Shown here: positions 26,125-36,244 of the stretch, piece after piece
Layout of the letters: every line of letters starts with the position of its first letter
How positions within the stretch are numbered: position 1 is the first letter of the stretch
Origin: Thermoplasmata archaeon
Lineage (GTDB): Archaea > Thermoplasmatota > Thermoplasmata > UBA10834
Direction of reading: 5' to 3'
Length of the DNA stretch: 50,300 nucleotides
Assembly: GCA_041304525.1 (NCBI GenBank)
Contig: JBFYNF010000106.1
Span: forward strand, 1-50,300
Notes under the pieces: model-generated
Seen by the model: the letters and a program-made list of their open reading frames with translations, nothing else
The model's database searches: none
Told to the model about the DNA's origin: nothing
Made by a program: the position numbers and the translations under genes

Positions 26125-26243
26125 CTTCGCGGGATATCCCCGCTTATTATTTGAAAGCCGTTGCGCTATATATTCAATCGCTCTAGGCTTTCGCGGGGCT
26201 TCCTAGTGGTCAGGGGCCGCCGCTCGAAGAATACCAATCGAGT

Positions 26244-27233
26244 TCACTCGAACTTCTCGCCGCACTTCGGGCACTCCTTGGCGTCCGCGGGGACGTCCGT
26301 GCCGCACTCGGAACACACGAACGAGTCGTCCGCCTCAAGGCCCATGGCCTTCGAGAGGCTCGGGACCTTCGCCTCGTCCTTCGGAGACTGCGCCGCAGCT
26401 TCTGCCTGCTTGGCCTGCCACTTCTCCAGCTGCGTCTCCCTCATCCTGCGGGCCCTCCGGGTCCACCAGATCATGCCCACGAGGAGCACGTAGATCAGGA
26501 AGAACTGAACATACGCCTGGACAGCGGAATAGTACAGCATCGGCTTCGTGATCTCCCATGTGCTCGAGTGGACCGGGCCGATCACGCCCGCCTCGACCCC
26601 GTCAATGTAGTCGGCCGCGAGGTACCACGTGCCGTTTACGTTGGCCCAGAACACGTACTGGTTGATCGGGTTCGCGAGAGTCGTGGTGTAATAGAACTGG
26701 GCGAGCGTGTCGTTGCGCGGCCCAGGCAGCATCGACTCGTTCCTCCACGAGTCCAAACCTATGATGACGACCGACATGTTCAGTATGGGCGTCGACTCGT
26801 TCACGTGCACGTTGATCGTGTAGTTGAACACCGTCTGGTCGTCGCCCCTCAGAGGGCTCACGGTACCGTCCGTGAGCGTCATCCCCGAGTCATCGCTGTA
26901 CGCGCTCCCCGGCTCGACATCGGTGTACACGCCAACGAAGAAGAACGCTTCGACGAGCATCAGCACGGTGCACGCGAGAACGCCTGCGACGACGAGCATC
27001 CTGGCCCTCTTGATGTCGAACATCCAGAAGACCGCGAGCATAAGGAATGGCGGTATGATGGTCACGAGGCACGAGTCCATCATGTACAAGAGCAGGGCGT
27101 AGAACGCCAGGCCGACGATGGCCGCCCCGACGGGGATCGTGAGCGCGGGCACCTTCTTGAACCTCGCAAAGAGGTCCTTCCCCATCTTGATCAGGTTGTG
27201 GGGGAACACCAAGGGTTGCTGGTCCTGCTCCAT
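26244..27233 (-). CDS. Membrane glycoprotein-like protein with a C-terminal cytoplasmic zinc ribbon
   Basis: The first ATG is at 27233 (the ORF extends to TTG 27308). About 4 TM helices are followed by an ectodomain with 6 N-x-S/T sequons, another TM helix, and then CSECGTDVPADAKECPKCGEKFE. Confidence 0.6.
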   Translation of the reverse strand: MEQDQQPLVFPHNLIKMGKDLFARFKKVPALTIPVGAAIVGLAFYALLLYMMDSCLVTIIPPFLMLAVFWMFDIKRARMLVVAGVLACTVLMLVEAFFFVGVYTDVEPGSAYSDDSGMTLTDGTVSPLRGDDQTVFNYTINVHVNESTPILNMSVVIIGLDSWRNESMLPGPRNDTLAQFYYTTTLANPINQYVFWANVNGTWYLAADYIDGVEAGVIGPVHSSTWEITKPMLYYSAVQAYVQFFLIYVLLVGMIWWTRRARRMRETQLEKWQAKQAEAAAQSPKDEAKVPSLSKAMGLEADDSFVCSECGTDVPADAKECPKCGEKFE

Positions 27234-27333
27234 CTTTTGAGGCAATTCCCTCTTTCCATAAATACCTTGGTTCGGGAGGCCGCGCGCGGACCGCCCAGTG
27301 TCCCTCAAGAACAGTTATATAGGGACATATCCA

Positions 27334-28332
27334 ATGGACGCACTCCTTCGTGAGGAGGCCTCAGCGTTGAAGACCGCGGTCATAGCCATTGGAGGCAACG
27401 CCATCCTGCGCGCAGGCGAGGAGGCTACCCTTGAGAACCAGATGCGCAACGTCTCTGCCACAGCGAAGGCACTGACGGACATCATACAGTCCGGAAGGGA
27501 CGTCGTCATCACACACGGCAACGGACCACAGGTGGGCGACCTGTACCTCAGGAACGAGCTCGCCAAGGACAAGGTCCAGCCGATGACACTCGATGTATGT
27601 GTCGCCCAGAGCCAAGGGCAGATCGGGTACATGCTCCAGAACGCGCTCAACTCGGAGTTCGCGGCCAGGCACATGAACAAGGTCGCCGTCTCGCTCATCA
27701 CGCAGGTCATCGTGTCAGAGGACGACCCCGCGTTCAAGGACCCCACCAAGCCCATAGGGCGGTACTACAACGAGGAAGACGCCAAGAAGCTCGAGCAGGA
27801 GAAGGGCTGGAAGATGGTCCTGGACAAGAAGAGGGGCGGGTACAGGAAGGTCGTCCCGTCCCCTAAGCCGATCGGCATAGTCGAGAGCAAGCCCGTCCGA
27901 AGACTCATATTCGGCGGCAGGGACCAGGCCGAGGTCGTCATCGCGTGCGGCGGAGGCGGCATACCCGTCGTGTTCAAGGACGACAGATACGTGGGCGTCG
28001 AGGCCGTCGTGGACAAGGACCTCGCGGCCGCGATGCTCGGCAACAACATCAAGGAGTCACTGTTCGTGATTGCGACTGACGTGGAACACGTGTTCGCAGA
28101 TTTCGGCAAGCCCACCCAGAGGCCTCTGAAGAAGGTCTCCGAGTCCCAGATCCGGGGTTTCTACAACTCGGGCCAGTTCCCGCCCGGCAGCATGGGACCG
28201 AAGGTCGAGGCCGCTATAAGGTTCCTCAAGGGCGGGGGAGAAGAGGTCGTCATAACCTCCATCGATAAGCTCTTCGAGGCTATCGACGGGACCGCTGGAA
28301 CACATATCTACCGGGACGATGTTAGTCCCTGA
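27334..28332 (+). CDS. arcC: Carbamate kinase
   Basis: Motifs AIGGNAIL and VITHGNGPQVG. An alternative and possibly better start is TTG 27367, preceded by GAGGAGG at 10 nt. That start gives MKTAVIAIGGNAI. Confidence 0.88.
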   Translation: MDALLREEASALKTAVIAIGGNAILRAGEEATLENQMRNVSATAKALTDIIQSGRDVVITHGNGPQVGDLYLRNELAKDKVQPMTLDVCVAQSQGQIGYMLQNALNSEFAARHMNKVAVSLITQVIVSEDDPAFKDPTKPIGRYYNEEDAKKLEQEKGWKMVLDKKRGGYRKVVPSPKPIGIVESKPVRRLIFGGRDQAEVVIACGGGGIPVVFKDDRYVGVEAVVDKDLAAAMLGNNIKESLFVIATDVEHVFADFGKPTQRPLKKVSESQIRGFYNSGQFPPGSMGPKVEAAIRFLKGGGEEVVITSIDKLFEAIDGTAGTHIYRDDVSP

Positions 28333-28341
28333 GAGCAGCAG

Positions 28342-29442
28342 ATGGCCACAATCGAGGAACAGATCAAGTCGATCGAGGAAGAGATCGGCAAGACCCAGTA
28401 CAACAAGAACACCCAGCACCACATCGGCAAGCTGAAGGCCAAGATGGCCAGGCTCAAGGACGAGATGGAGGTCAGGCGGTCCAAGGGCCCCAAGACCGCT
28501 GGGTACGCCGTCAGGAAGTCCGGCCACGGCACGGTCGCCCTCGTGGGTTTCCCGAGCGTGGGCAAGTCAACCCTTCTCAACAAGATCACGAACGCCCAGA
28601 GCGAGGTGGCGGCGTACAAGTTCACGACCATCACATGCGTCCCCGGACTAATGGAGTACCGAGGAGCCAAGATTCAGGTGCTGGACCTCCCGGGGCTCAT
28701 CAAGGACGCGTCCAAGGGCAAGGGGCGTGGCAGGGAGGTCCTGTCCGTCGTGCGCTCCGCGGACCTCATACTGCTCATGATAGACGTCTTCGAGACGAAC
28801 GTCCAGGTGCTCGTGGACGAGCTCTGGACCGCGAACATGAGGCTGAACCAGCGCCCGCCGGACATCGTCATATCCAAGAAGAACAGGGGCGGGGTCTTGG
28901 TGAACTTCACGACCCCGCAATCGACCATCGACGAGGACCTCGTGACGGAGATGATGAACGAGTACGGCCACATCAACGCGGACATCGTCATCAGGGAGGA
29001 CGTGGTCGAGGACCAGCTCATCGACTACATCTCGGGGAACAGACACTACGTCCCAGCGGTCGTGGCGGTCAATAAGACCGACCTCGTCAACAAGGACTAC
29101 ATCACACATCTGAAGAGGAAACTCAAGGGCTGGAAGGTCGTCCCAATATCTGCTGAGAAGGACCTCGGAATCGAGGATCTGAAGGAGCAGATATACCTGG
29201 CCCTGAGGTTCATCCGCGTCTATCTGAAGCCCCAGGGCAAGGATGCGGACCTGGTCGAGCCGCTGGTCATCAAGGACGGCTCGGACATCGGCATCATATG
29301 CGACACGATCCACAGGGACTTCAGGAGGACCTTCAGGTACGCGCAGGTCTGGGGCAAGAGCGCGAGGTTCCCGGGGCAGATAGTCGGCCTCGACCACAAG
29401 GTCTCGGACCAGGACATCGTGACGATCATAGTCAAACGCTGA
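28342..29442 (+). CDS. OBG-family DRG-type GTPase with a C-terminal TGS domain
   Basis: G1 motif GFPSVGKSTLLN, G3 motif DLPGLI, and NKTD. Confidence 0.9.
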   Translation: MATIEEQIKSIEEEIGKTQYNKNTQHHIGKLKAKMARLKDEMEVRRSKGPKTAGYAVRKSGHGTVALVGFPSVGKSTLLNKITNAQSEVAAYKFTTITCVPGLMEYRGAKIQVLDLPGLIKDASKGKGRGREVLSVVRSADLILLMIDVFETNVQVLVDELWTANMRLNQRPPDIVISKKNRGGVLVNFTTPQSTIDEDLVTEMMNEYGHINADIVIREDVVEDQLIDYISGNRHYVPAVVAVNKTDLVNKDYITHLKRKLKGWKVVPISAEKDLGIEDLKEQIYLALRFIRVYLKPQGKDADLVEPLVIKDGSDIGIICDTIHRDFRRTFRYAQVWGKSARFPGQIVGLDHKVSDQDIVTIIVKR

Positions 29443-29499
29443 CCTCTCCAAGGAGTTTATATCTGGGGAAGAGCGTCCCATCGACCCAGAGGTGGGTAT

Positions 29500-30153
29500 G
29501 TGTCTCTCAGAGCCAGTCGTTCCTATCGAGCGATCGTTGTCCTCTCGATGCTCTCTATCGCGGCGTTGTTGGCCGTGTCACACACCGCGGTGGCCAACCC
29601 TGTCCCCATCAATGAGGGCCCCGAGGTCATCCTGGCTGTCTTCGGACTCCTGTTCCTGATGAACCTGCCCGTCAATGTGTTCTGGTACTCTATTGGTGTG
29701 CTGGCATTGTCCCGGGTCAGGAGGCTTCACTTCGCAGTGGTGCCCGGATTCTTCGGTCGCGTGCTGTGCAGGAAGGTCGCGGGAGCCGCGGTCTCCATCA
29801 CCTTGCTCGGCGCGTTGATCGATATGTCGTCAGCTGAATTCGAGGCATTCTGGTTCAGGGAGATTGGGGTGACGGCCTTGGTTGCCCTTGTCTTGGTGTT
29901 CGTATCCGTGGCTGGCATCTCCTCGGCCATCCTGAGGTTGAGGCTCGTGCCGTCACTGACGGTCGCTGGATGGATGGCCATCATGAACCTGGTCCATTGG
30001 ACTGTCATCGCCACCGTGTTCTACGGTGATGGCCCCGCGGAGAATCCGGCACCGGCGGTGGTCGCATACGGAATGATCTGCGCCATCCTTTCGATGATTA
30101 CGTTGAGGACAATCGCGAAGGTCGAGCCGGAACCCGCACATGAGCAGGTATGA
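29500..30153 (+). CDS. Hypothetical polytopic membrane protein, paralogue of 25489-26124
   Basis: GTG start with GAGGTG upstream. The signal anchor ends ..AVA-NPVPINEGP. LRLRLVPSL and HWT motifs match the other copy. Confidence 0.55.
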   Translation: MSLRASRSYRAIVVLSMLSIAALLAVSHTAVANPVPINEGPEVILAVFGLLFLMNLPVNVFWYSIGVLALSRVRRLHFAVVPGFFGRVLCRKVAGAAVSITLLGALIDMSSAEFEAFWFREIGVTALVALVLVFVSVAGISSAILRLRLVPSLTVAGWMAIMNLVHWTVIATVFYGDGPAENPAPAVVAYGMICAILSMITLRTIAKVEPEPAHEQV

Positions 30154-30214
30154 TTGGGAAAACCATGTAAGTTGTTTGATGGAAGGGGTTTGTGGCGAGC
30201 GATGAAGAGGGATC

Positions 30215-30436
30215 TTACTCCTTCTTCATCAGCTTCATGAAGCCGCCGCCCTCGTGTATCTCGAGGTTCTTGTCCTTGAGGACAGACTCGAACTCGGGCC
30301 AGTCGATGACGTCGACACGCGGGCTGTTGCCCCTCGTGAACTCTATCTCGCTGGTTCCCCGGACCTTTCCCGGCCTCAAGTTCTTCTCAACGGCGATCTC
30401 CTTTGCCCTGTCGAGAGATATTGGCTTCATCGGCAT
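30215..30436 (-). CDS. Small hypothetical protein (73 aa)
   Basis: Balanced, protein-like composition (K/E/I/V rich) in a gap not covered by any other gene. I recognise no family. Confidence 0.4.
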   Translation of the reverse strand: MPMKPISLDRAKEIAVEKNLRPGKVRGTSEIEFTRGNSPRVDVIDWPEFESVLKDKNLEIHEGGGFMKLMKKE

Positions 30437-30571
30437 TGTGCATCCCTCCGATATTGTCAGTCGGACCGTTCCGACCGTTCATCGAATACCCGTCCGACAT
30501 ATAAATCATTTTCGCTGGCTGGTGCAAACATCGATGCTGGCTTCATGTCGGACGATTGTCCGCCTCCATTC

Positions 30572-31900
30572 TCAGAAGAGGACGAGCAGCATGAGCGTCG
30601 AGACGAACAGTGTGGCCATCGCGACTGGGAAGCCCACCAGCGTGAACCTCCAGAAGTTCACCTCGACCCCCATACCCTCGGCCTTCTCGGCGACGATGAC
30701 GTTCGCCGCCGCTCCCAGTATGGTCGCGTTACCAGCGAGCGTGGAACTCGATGCCAGAGCGATCCAGAGGTCCGTCTCGGAGATCGGTATCAGTTCACTG
30801 AGCAGCATGACCGAGGGCACGTTGCTCACGAGGTTGGAGAGCATCGCGGACAGGGCCGTGAGCCATCCGACGGTAGGCACGCCCCCGTCCTCGAAACCAG
30901 GGAAGAAGTCCTTGATCTCCGCCAGAAGACCAGAGTCCCTCACGCCCCTCAGGACTATGAACAGGCCGATGAAGAACAGGATGATGGACCAGTCCACGCC
31001 GTTCAGCATGTCCTTCGCCTTCACCTTGGACACCATGGGCACGACGAACAGCGCCACGACTCCTCCGAGGAACGCCACGATCGCCAGGGGCGCGTCTATC
31101 ACGTGGCTGGCGACGAACGCGACGAACGTGCCCGCGGTGATGAGCAGGAGCGCGTAGAGCCCGAGCCTGTGCTCCCTCATCTTCCTGAGGCCCGACTGCG
31201 CGAGGACATCCCCCTTCACGATCTCCTCCTGGAATATGGCCCATCCTTCGTTCAAGATCCTCCGCCTGAACTCCTGGGCACTGCCCTTGTTGATCTCCTT
31301 CCTGTAGATGATGTAGAGTATTGCTATCGCGACCAGCATGCAGACGACCGCAACGGGCACGAGCCTCGCGGAGAAGTCCACGAACGAGATCCCGGCCTTG
31401 GTCGCGATGTATGCGTTCTGCGGGTTCCCGACAGCGGTGGCGACGCTCCCGATGTTCGCTGCCATCGCCTCGGCCACGAGGAACGGGACCGGGTTCGACT
31501 TCAGTAACCTGCATGTACGTATGATGATCGGAGTGAACAGCAGTACGACGGTATCGTTCAGCACGAGTGCTGAGAGCGTCCCAGTGACGACCATCGTGAG
31601 CACCAGAAACATGAACTGGTCCTTCGAGTACCGGATCATCCTGAGGGAGACCCACTCGAAGAACCCGCATAGCTCGAGGCCGGCGACGAGGATCATCATG
31701 CCGACCAGGAGCAGGACGATGTCGAGATCGATGGCAGATATCGCGTCTCCGGGGCCCACGACCCCGAGCATGATCATCAGGGCCGCGCCTATCAGGGCGG
31801 CTGCGGGCCTCTCTATCTTCACCTTCGGGAACCTGCGTATGGATATCAACGCGTAGGTTGCCAGGAACACCGCGAAGGCGACCCAGAGTATGTCCATCAA
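30572..31900 (-). CDS. ArsB/NhaD-superfamily anion permease
   Basis: 442 aa with about 11 TM helices. The LNDTVVLLFTPI and GNPQN motifs are typical of this fold. Confidence 0.78.
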   Translation of the reverse strand: MMDILWVAFAVFLATYALISIRRFPKVKIERPAAALIGAALMIMLGVVGPGDAISAIDLDIVLLLVGMMILVAGLELCGFFEWVSLRMIRYSKDQFMFLVLTMVVTGTLSALVLNDTVVLLFTPIIIRTCRLLKSNPVPFLVAEAMAANIGSVATAVGNPQNAYIATKAGISFVDFSARLVPVAVVCMLVAIAILYIIYRKEINKGSAQEFRRRILNEGWAIFQEEIVKGDVLAQSGLRKMREHRLGLYALLLITAGTFVAFVASHVIDAPLAIVAFLGGVVALFVVPMVSKVKAKDMLNGVDWSIILFFIGLFIVLRGVRDSGLLAEIKDFFPGFEDGGVPTVGWLTALSAMLSNLVSNVPSVMLLSELIPISETDLWIALASSSTLAGNATILGAAANVIVAEKAEGMGVEVNFWRFTLVGFPVAMATLFVSTLMLLVLF

Positions 31901-32021
31901 TCAACGCAATCACGAGCATGGATATCAATCCTGTTGTGCATCGATGAACGACCCGATGGGCTCATGTTCAGGCACGCTGGCCCCAAAAGGATTAAACGCA
32001 GGGAATGGTTATTGCGCATCC

Positions 32022-33278
32022 ATGATTCAGCGCCCTCGCGGCACAAGGGACTTCGGCCCCCAGGAGATGGCCGAACGCAGGAGGGTCGAGCAGGCCATGC
32101 GCGATGTCTGTCTGAGGGCGGGCTTCGGCGAGGTCGTGACTCCTACCTTCGAGCACTCGGAACTCTTCACACTCAGGTCCGGACAGGCCGTCATCGACGA
32201 GATGTATGCGTTCAGGGACAAGGGCGACAGGGAGATGGCCCTTAGGCCCGAGATCACCGCTTCGGTCATCAGGTTCTTCGTCAACGAGCTCTCCAACAGT
32301 CCCAAGCCACTCAAGCTCTACTATGTCGGGAACTGCTTCAGGTACGAGAACCCCCAGAGCGGCAGGTTCAGGGAGTTCTTCCAGCTGGGCGCGGAACTGA
32401 TAGGTTCCAAGAACCCGGAGACCGACGCGGAGGTCATCGCCCTCGCGGTCAACGCCATCCGATCAACAGGTCTGAAGGACTTCACGGTCCGCGTGGGCCA
32501 CATAGGCATCCTGAAGTCGCTCGTGCAGGCGGAGATACCGGACAAGCAGGCCGTGGCTGAGGTCCTGAGGATGCTGGACAAGGAGGACTTCGACGCGCTC
32601 GGCGATATGTTCGACGCGAGAACGCTCCCGAGGAAGCTTTTCGACAGGATCACAACGATCGCTGAGATGAGGGGCTCGGTTGAGATACTGGACAGCCTCG
32701 AGAAGTCCGAGGCGACCGACCACCTTAGGGAGATATTCAGGATACTCTCGCTGTACGGCATCGAGGACTGCAAGATCGACCTCGGCATCGTCCGTGGCCT
32801 CGACTACTATACCGGCATGGTCTTCGAGATCGACGCGCCCGCGCTAGGCGCGGAGAAGCAGATCATGGGCGGCGGCTCATACACCTTATCGGAACTGTTC
32901 GGGGGCGAGCCTGTGTTCAGCACCGGCTTCGCGATAGGCATCGACAGGGTCGTGCTGGCGCTCGCAGCCGAGGGAGAGAAGAAGCCACACACTCCACTGG
33001 ACGCATATGTCATACCCGCGAAGGACGACATGAGGGACCACGCATTCAGGATCGTGTCCTCTCTCAGGGCGGAGGGCGTCCGGGCGGACGTGGACCTGAT
33101 GCGCAGGAACATGAGCAAGAACCTGAAGTACGCCTCCTCAGCAGGCGCGAAGTGCGCCATAATCGTGGGCAGCAAGGAGATGGCCGACAACTCTGTCACG
33201 CTCAGGGACATGAGGACCGGGGACCAGAGGGTCGTCGCGGTCGGGGACCTGGCGAAGGTCGTGGCGGGGCTGGGCTGA
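32022..33278 (+). CDS. hisS: Histidine-tRNA ligase
   Basis: N-terminus MIQRPRGTRDF, plus FRYENPQSGRFREFFQ and the class II motif 3. ATG 32022 is chosen over the longer ORF. Confidence 0.9.
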   Translation: MIQRPRGTRDFGPQEMAERRRVEQAMRDVCLRAGFGEVVTPTFEHSELFTLRSGQAVIDEMYAFRDKGDREMALRPEITASVIRFFVNELSNSPKPLKLYYVGNCFRYENPQSGRFREFFQLGAELIGSKNPETDAEVIALAVNAIRSTGLKDFTVRVGHIGILKSLVQAEIPDKQAVAEVLRMLDKEDFDALGDMFDARTLPRKLFDRITTIAEMRGSVEILDSLEKSEATDHLREIFRILSLYGIEDCKIDLGIVRGLDYYTGMVFEIDAPALGAEKQIMGGGSYTLSELFGGEPVFSTGFAIGIDRVVLALAAEGEKKPHTPLDAYVIPAKDDMRDHAFRIVSSLRAEGVRADVDLMRRNMSKNLKYASSAGAKCAIIVGSKEMADNSVTLRDMRTGDQRVVAVGDLAKVVAGLG

Positions 33279-33290
33279 CCCCTCGGCCAG

Positions 33291-34088
33291 ATGGTGGTCA
33301 TGATGGAGATCCGCGACCTGGACGAACAGCACCATCCTGCTTTCTTCAAGTGCCTCGAGGAGTGGTCCCCCGACATGGCCGATGTGGGCGACCGGAGGGA
33401 GGTCTGGTTCACCAGCATGTTGCGGAAGGGCCTCCGGGTCAAGCTCGCGTTCGACGACCGCGGAGTCCCAGGAGGGATGATCCAGTACCTTCCGATCGAG
33501 CACTCGCAGGCGGAGGGGGAGGGGCTGCACTTCATCCTCTGCATCTGGGTGCACGGTCACAAGCAGGGCAGGGGCGACTTCCAGGGGAAGGGCATGGGCT
33601 CCGCATTGCTGAAGGCCGCCGAGGACGACGCCCGCTCCCTGGGCTCTGGCGGCATGGTCGCTTGGGGCCTCTCCATGCCGTTCTGGATGAAGGCCTCGTG
33701 GTTCAAGAAGCACGGCTACACCAAGGTCGACAAGGACGGGATGAGCGTCCTGCTGTGGAAGCCCTTCTCGGAGAACGCCCGCCCGCCGAGGTGGATCAGG
33801 CCCAGGAAGCACCCCCAGGCCTGCGGCGGGGTGGTCACGGTGACCTCGTTCAACAGCGGCTGGTGCTCCGCGGGGAACATGGTCCACGAGCGCGCCAAGA
33901 GGGCCTCGTCCATGTTCGGCGACAGGGTCCACTTCGAACACATCGACACGATGGAACGGGAGAGACTCATCGAGTGGGGGATAAGCGACGCGCTGTTCAT
34001 CGACGGGAAACAGGTGCGGACTGGTCCGCCGCCGTCCTTCGACAAGATAAAGGGACTGATCGGGCGGAAGGTCAGAAAGCTGAGATAG
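33291..34088 (+). CDS. GNAT N-acetyltransferase with a YoaP-like/thioredoxin-like C-terminal domain
   Basis: GNAT core motif QGKGMGSALLKAAE. The C-terminal ~90 aa (VTVTSFNSGWCSAGN...FIDGKQV) resemble the YoaP C-domain. That resemblance is from memory. Confidence 0.6.
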   Translation: MVVMMEIRDLDEQHHPAFFKCLEEWSPDMADVGDRREVWFTSMLRKGLRVKLAFDDRGVPGGMIQYLPIEHSQAEGEGLHFILCIWVHGHKQGRGDFQGKGMGSALLKAAEDDARSLGSGGMVAWGLSMPFWMKASWFKKHGYTKVDKDGMSVLLWKPFSENARPPRWIRPRKHPQACGGVVTVTSFNSGWCSAGNMVHERAKRASSMFGDRVHFEHIDTMERERLIEWGISDALFIDGKQVRTGPPPSFDKIKGLIGRKVRKLR

Positions 34089-34101
34089 AAAAACGGGTTG
34101 G

Positions 34102-34125
34102 CCATCCGGGGCGATTCCCGGATGG
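34102..34125. terminator. Perfect 9-bp hairpin (CCATCCGGG-GCGATT-CCCGGATGG) between convergent genes
   Basis: It sits in the 63-nt gap between 33291-34088(+) and gdhA(-), followed by T-rich sequence. Confidence 0.45.
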
Positions 34126-34151
34126 TTCGAGTTTGATTCTGGTTTGGCCGG

Positions 34152-35408
34152 TTACGGGTAGAAGCCCCTGAGCTTCGTGGCGTCAGCGACCCTCTTCACT
34201 GCGACGAGGTACGCTGCGTCCCTCATGTTGCACTTGTGCTTCTCCTTCATGTCCCACACTTCGTGGAACGCCTTCGTGATCTTCTGGTCCAGGCGCTGGT
34301 TGACCTCTTCCTCGGTCCAGTAGTAGTTGTAGTTGTTCTGGACCCACTCGAAGTAGCTCACCGTGACACCGCCGGAGTTGGCGAGGATGTCGGGGAGCAC
34401 GAGCACGCCGTTCTTGTACAGGATCGCGTCGGCCTCGAAGGTTGTCGGGCCGTTTGCGCCCTCACCGGATATCGTGGCCTTGATCTTCCCGGCGTTGTCC
34501 TTCGTGATCACGTTCTCGAGAGCACAGGGCAGGAGCACGTCGACCTTGAGCTCCAGTATGGCCTCGTTGGAGATCGGCTTCGTCCCGGGGAATCCCTTGA
34601 CGCTGCCGGTCTTCTGCTTGTGCGCGAAGACCTCCTCGTACCTGAGGGGCTTCTCGCTGATGATTCCGCCCTGGGAGTCGCTCACCGCGATGACCTTCGC
34701 ACCGAAGTCGCGCTCAATCAGCTTGTGAGCGAAAGCGCCCACATTGCCGTATCCCTGGATGGCCACGGTCGCACCCTTCAGGTTCATGCCGATCTTCTTG
34801 GCCGCCTCGCGGACGCAGAAGACAAGGCCCCTCGAGGTCGCCTCTGGCCTTCCCAGCGAGCCGCCGATCTCCCTCGGCTTGCCCGTGATGACGCCAGGCA
34901 CAGCGTAGCCCTTCATCATGCTGTACGTGTCCATGATCCAGGCCATCTCGCGCCCACCGGTGTTCACATCGGGCGCTGGTATGTCCTTCTCCGGGCCGAT
35001 GATGATGGATATCTCAGAGGCGTACCTCCTCGTCATCCTCTCGATCTCGCCCACGGACATGGTCTTCGGGTTGGCGATGATGCCTCCCTTCGCGCCTCCG
35101 TACGGGATGTCGGCGGTTGCGGTCTTCCAGGTCATCCACGAGGACAGAGCCCTGACCTCATCGATGTCCACCTGCGGGTGATACCTTATGCCGCCCTTGT
35201 AGGGACCGCGTGCCTCGTTGTGCTGGACCCTGTATCCGGTGAACACCTTGATCTTCCCGTCGTCCATCCTGACTGGGAAGTTCACGGTCAGTTCCCTCTT
35301 CGGGGACTTCAGAACCTCGACCAAGCCCGGCTCGAGCCCTAGGGTCTTGCCGGCCTTGTCGACCATCTTCTTCATTTCTTCAAACGGGTTCGCCTTGCTT
35401 GCCATCAT
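34152..35408 (-). CDS. gdhA: Glutamate dehydrogenase
   Basis: Motifs KGGIRYHP and PYGGAKGGI, plus an NAD(P)-binding GYGNVG motif. Tandem ATGs lie at 35408/35405 after GAGAGG. Confidence 0.92.
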   Translation of the reverse strand: MMASKANPFEEMKKMVDKAGKTLGLEPGLVEVLKSPKRELTVNFPVRMDDGKIKVFTGYRVQHNEARGPYKGGIRYHPQVDIDEVRALSSWMTWKTATADIPYGGAKGGIIANPKTMSVGEIERMTRRYASEISIIIGPEKDIPAPDVNTGGREMAWIMDTYSMMKGYAVPGVITGKPREIGGSLGRPEATSRGLVFCVREAAKKIGMNLKGATVAIQGYGNVGAFAHKLIERDFGAKVIAVSDSQGGIISEKPLRYEEVFAHKQKTGSVKGFPGTKPISNEAILELKVDVLLPCALENVITKDNAGKIKATISGEGANGPTTFEADAILYKNGVLVLPDILANSGGVTVSYFEWVQNNYNYYWTEEEVNQRLDQKITKAFHEVWDMKEKHKCNMRDAAYLVAVKRVADATKLRGFYP

Positions 35409-35482
35409 AACACCATTGGCCTCTCTAGCCGCTCTCAAAGGCTGTTGGCGGCCTGAGCATTAGACGCGCATGGTCAGAACCG

Positions 35483-35490
35483 ATTTAAAT
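35483..35490 (-). promoter_or_regulatory. Palindromic ATTTAAAT TATA-like box about 75 nt upstream of gdhA
   Basis: The only AT octamer in the gdhA upstream spacer. Confidence 0.35.
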
Positions 35491-35680
35491 GTATCCCATA
35501 TACTCCCGATGCCCTCCGGACAGGTTGCTACTTTCTGCGCTTCCCGTGCTCAGTTCCTTCAAAAAAGCGCCACTGTGTTCGGACGGAGTATATGAGTTAG
35601 AGGGGGGTCTTTCGAAAAGCATCTCAGAGGAGTGTCCGACTCGACACCCCCTTCCGATATTCGGGCATATCCGGGACAGG

Positions 35681-36232
35681 TCAACGACGGATGTCAAAAC
35701 CGATCAGGACCGTCGCGAGCTTCGGGTCGTCGTCGAGACCCGCGCAGCGCCGTATGTGCAGGTCCCCCATTGTGGAAGGGCTCGACGACACCACCCTGGC
35801 TGCGAACGGGAGCGCCTCGACCTCAGCGAAGGGCACTGGAGGCAGCACGAACTTGGCGTTCCTGCCGGACCTGCCGTCATAGAACATCACGAAGTCCTTG
35901 CCGAGGTAGAGTGTCTTCCTGCCTGGCTCCTCCTCCACCTTGTCCCCAGGGAGGAGCTCCCTGCCTATGACGGTCCCGTCCTCGTCTATCAGCATGACCG
36001 TCGCGTGGGGCGGCGGCCTGAAGGATGTGCCCTTGACGATGCATGCGACATGCGCCCTCCTGAGGCACTCGAGTACCCCCTCGTTCCTGACCACGAGAGG
36101 GCCGAACGGGCGTATCTCCGACTCGATCTCCCTGACCCGTGAGCGCATCGCGTCGTTCAGATAGAACGCCTTTCGGACGCCCTTGAGGGCGCGCAACACC
36201 GCCAGCACGTCGTCCGTCTCGGCCATGGCCAC
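35681..36232 (-). CDS. Hypothetical protein (183 aa), last gene of the osmC-pdo operon
   Basis: It starts 12 nt downstream of the pdo stop. Composition is protein-like, with Cys residues in ECLRRAHVAC and RRCAG. I recognise no family. Confidence 0.5.
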   Translation of the reverse strand: MAMAETDDVLAVLRALKGVRKAFYLNDAMRSRVREIESEIRPFGPLVVRNEGVLECLRRAHVACIVKGTSFRPPPHATVMLIDEDGTVIGRELLPGDKVEEEPGRKTLYLGKDFVMFYDGRSGRNAKFVLPPVPFAEVEALPFAARVVSSSPSTMGDLHIRRCAGLDDDPKLATVLIGFDIRR

Positions 36233-36244
36233 AGCTCCCCTGGC

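Noticed and set aside
34117-34140. tRNA T-arm-like string GGTTCGAG
   Set aside because: It is the 3' half and tail of a simple 9-bp hairpin between convergent genes. No acceptor, D or anticodon arms can be drawn. I found no convincing tRNA anywhere in the window.
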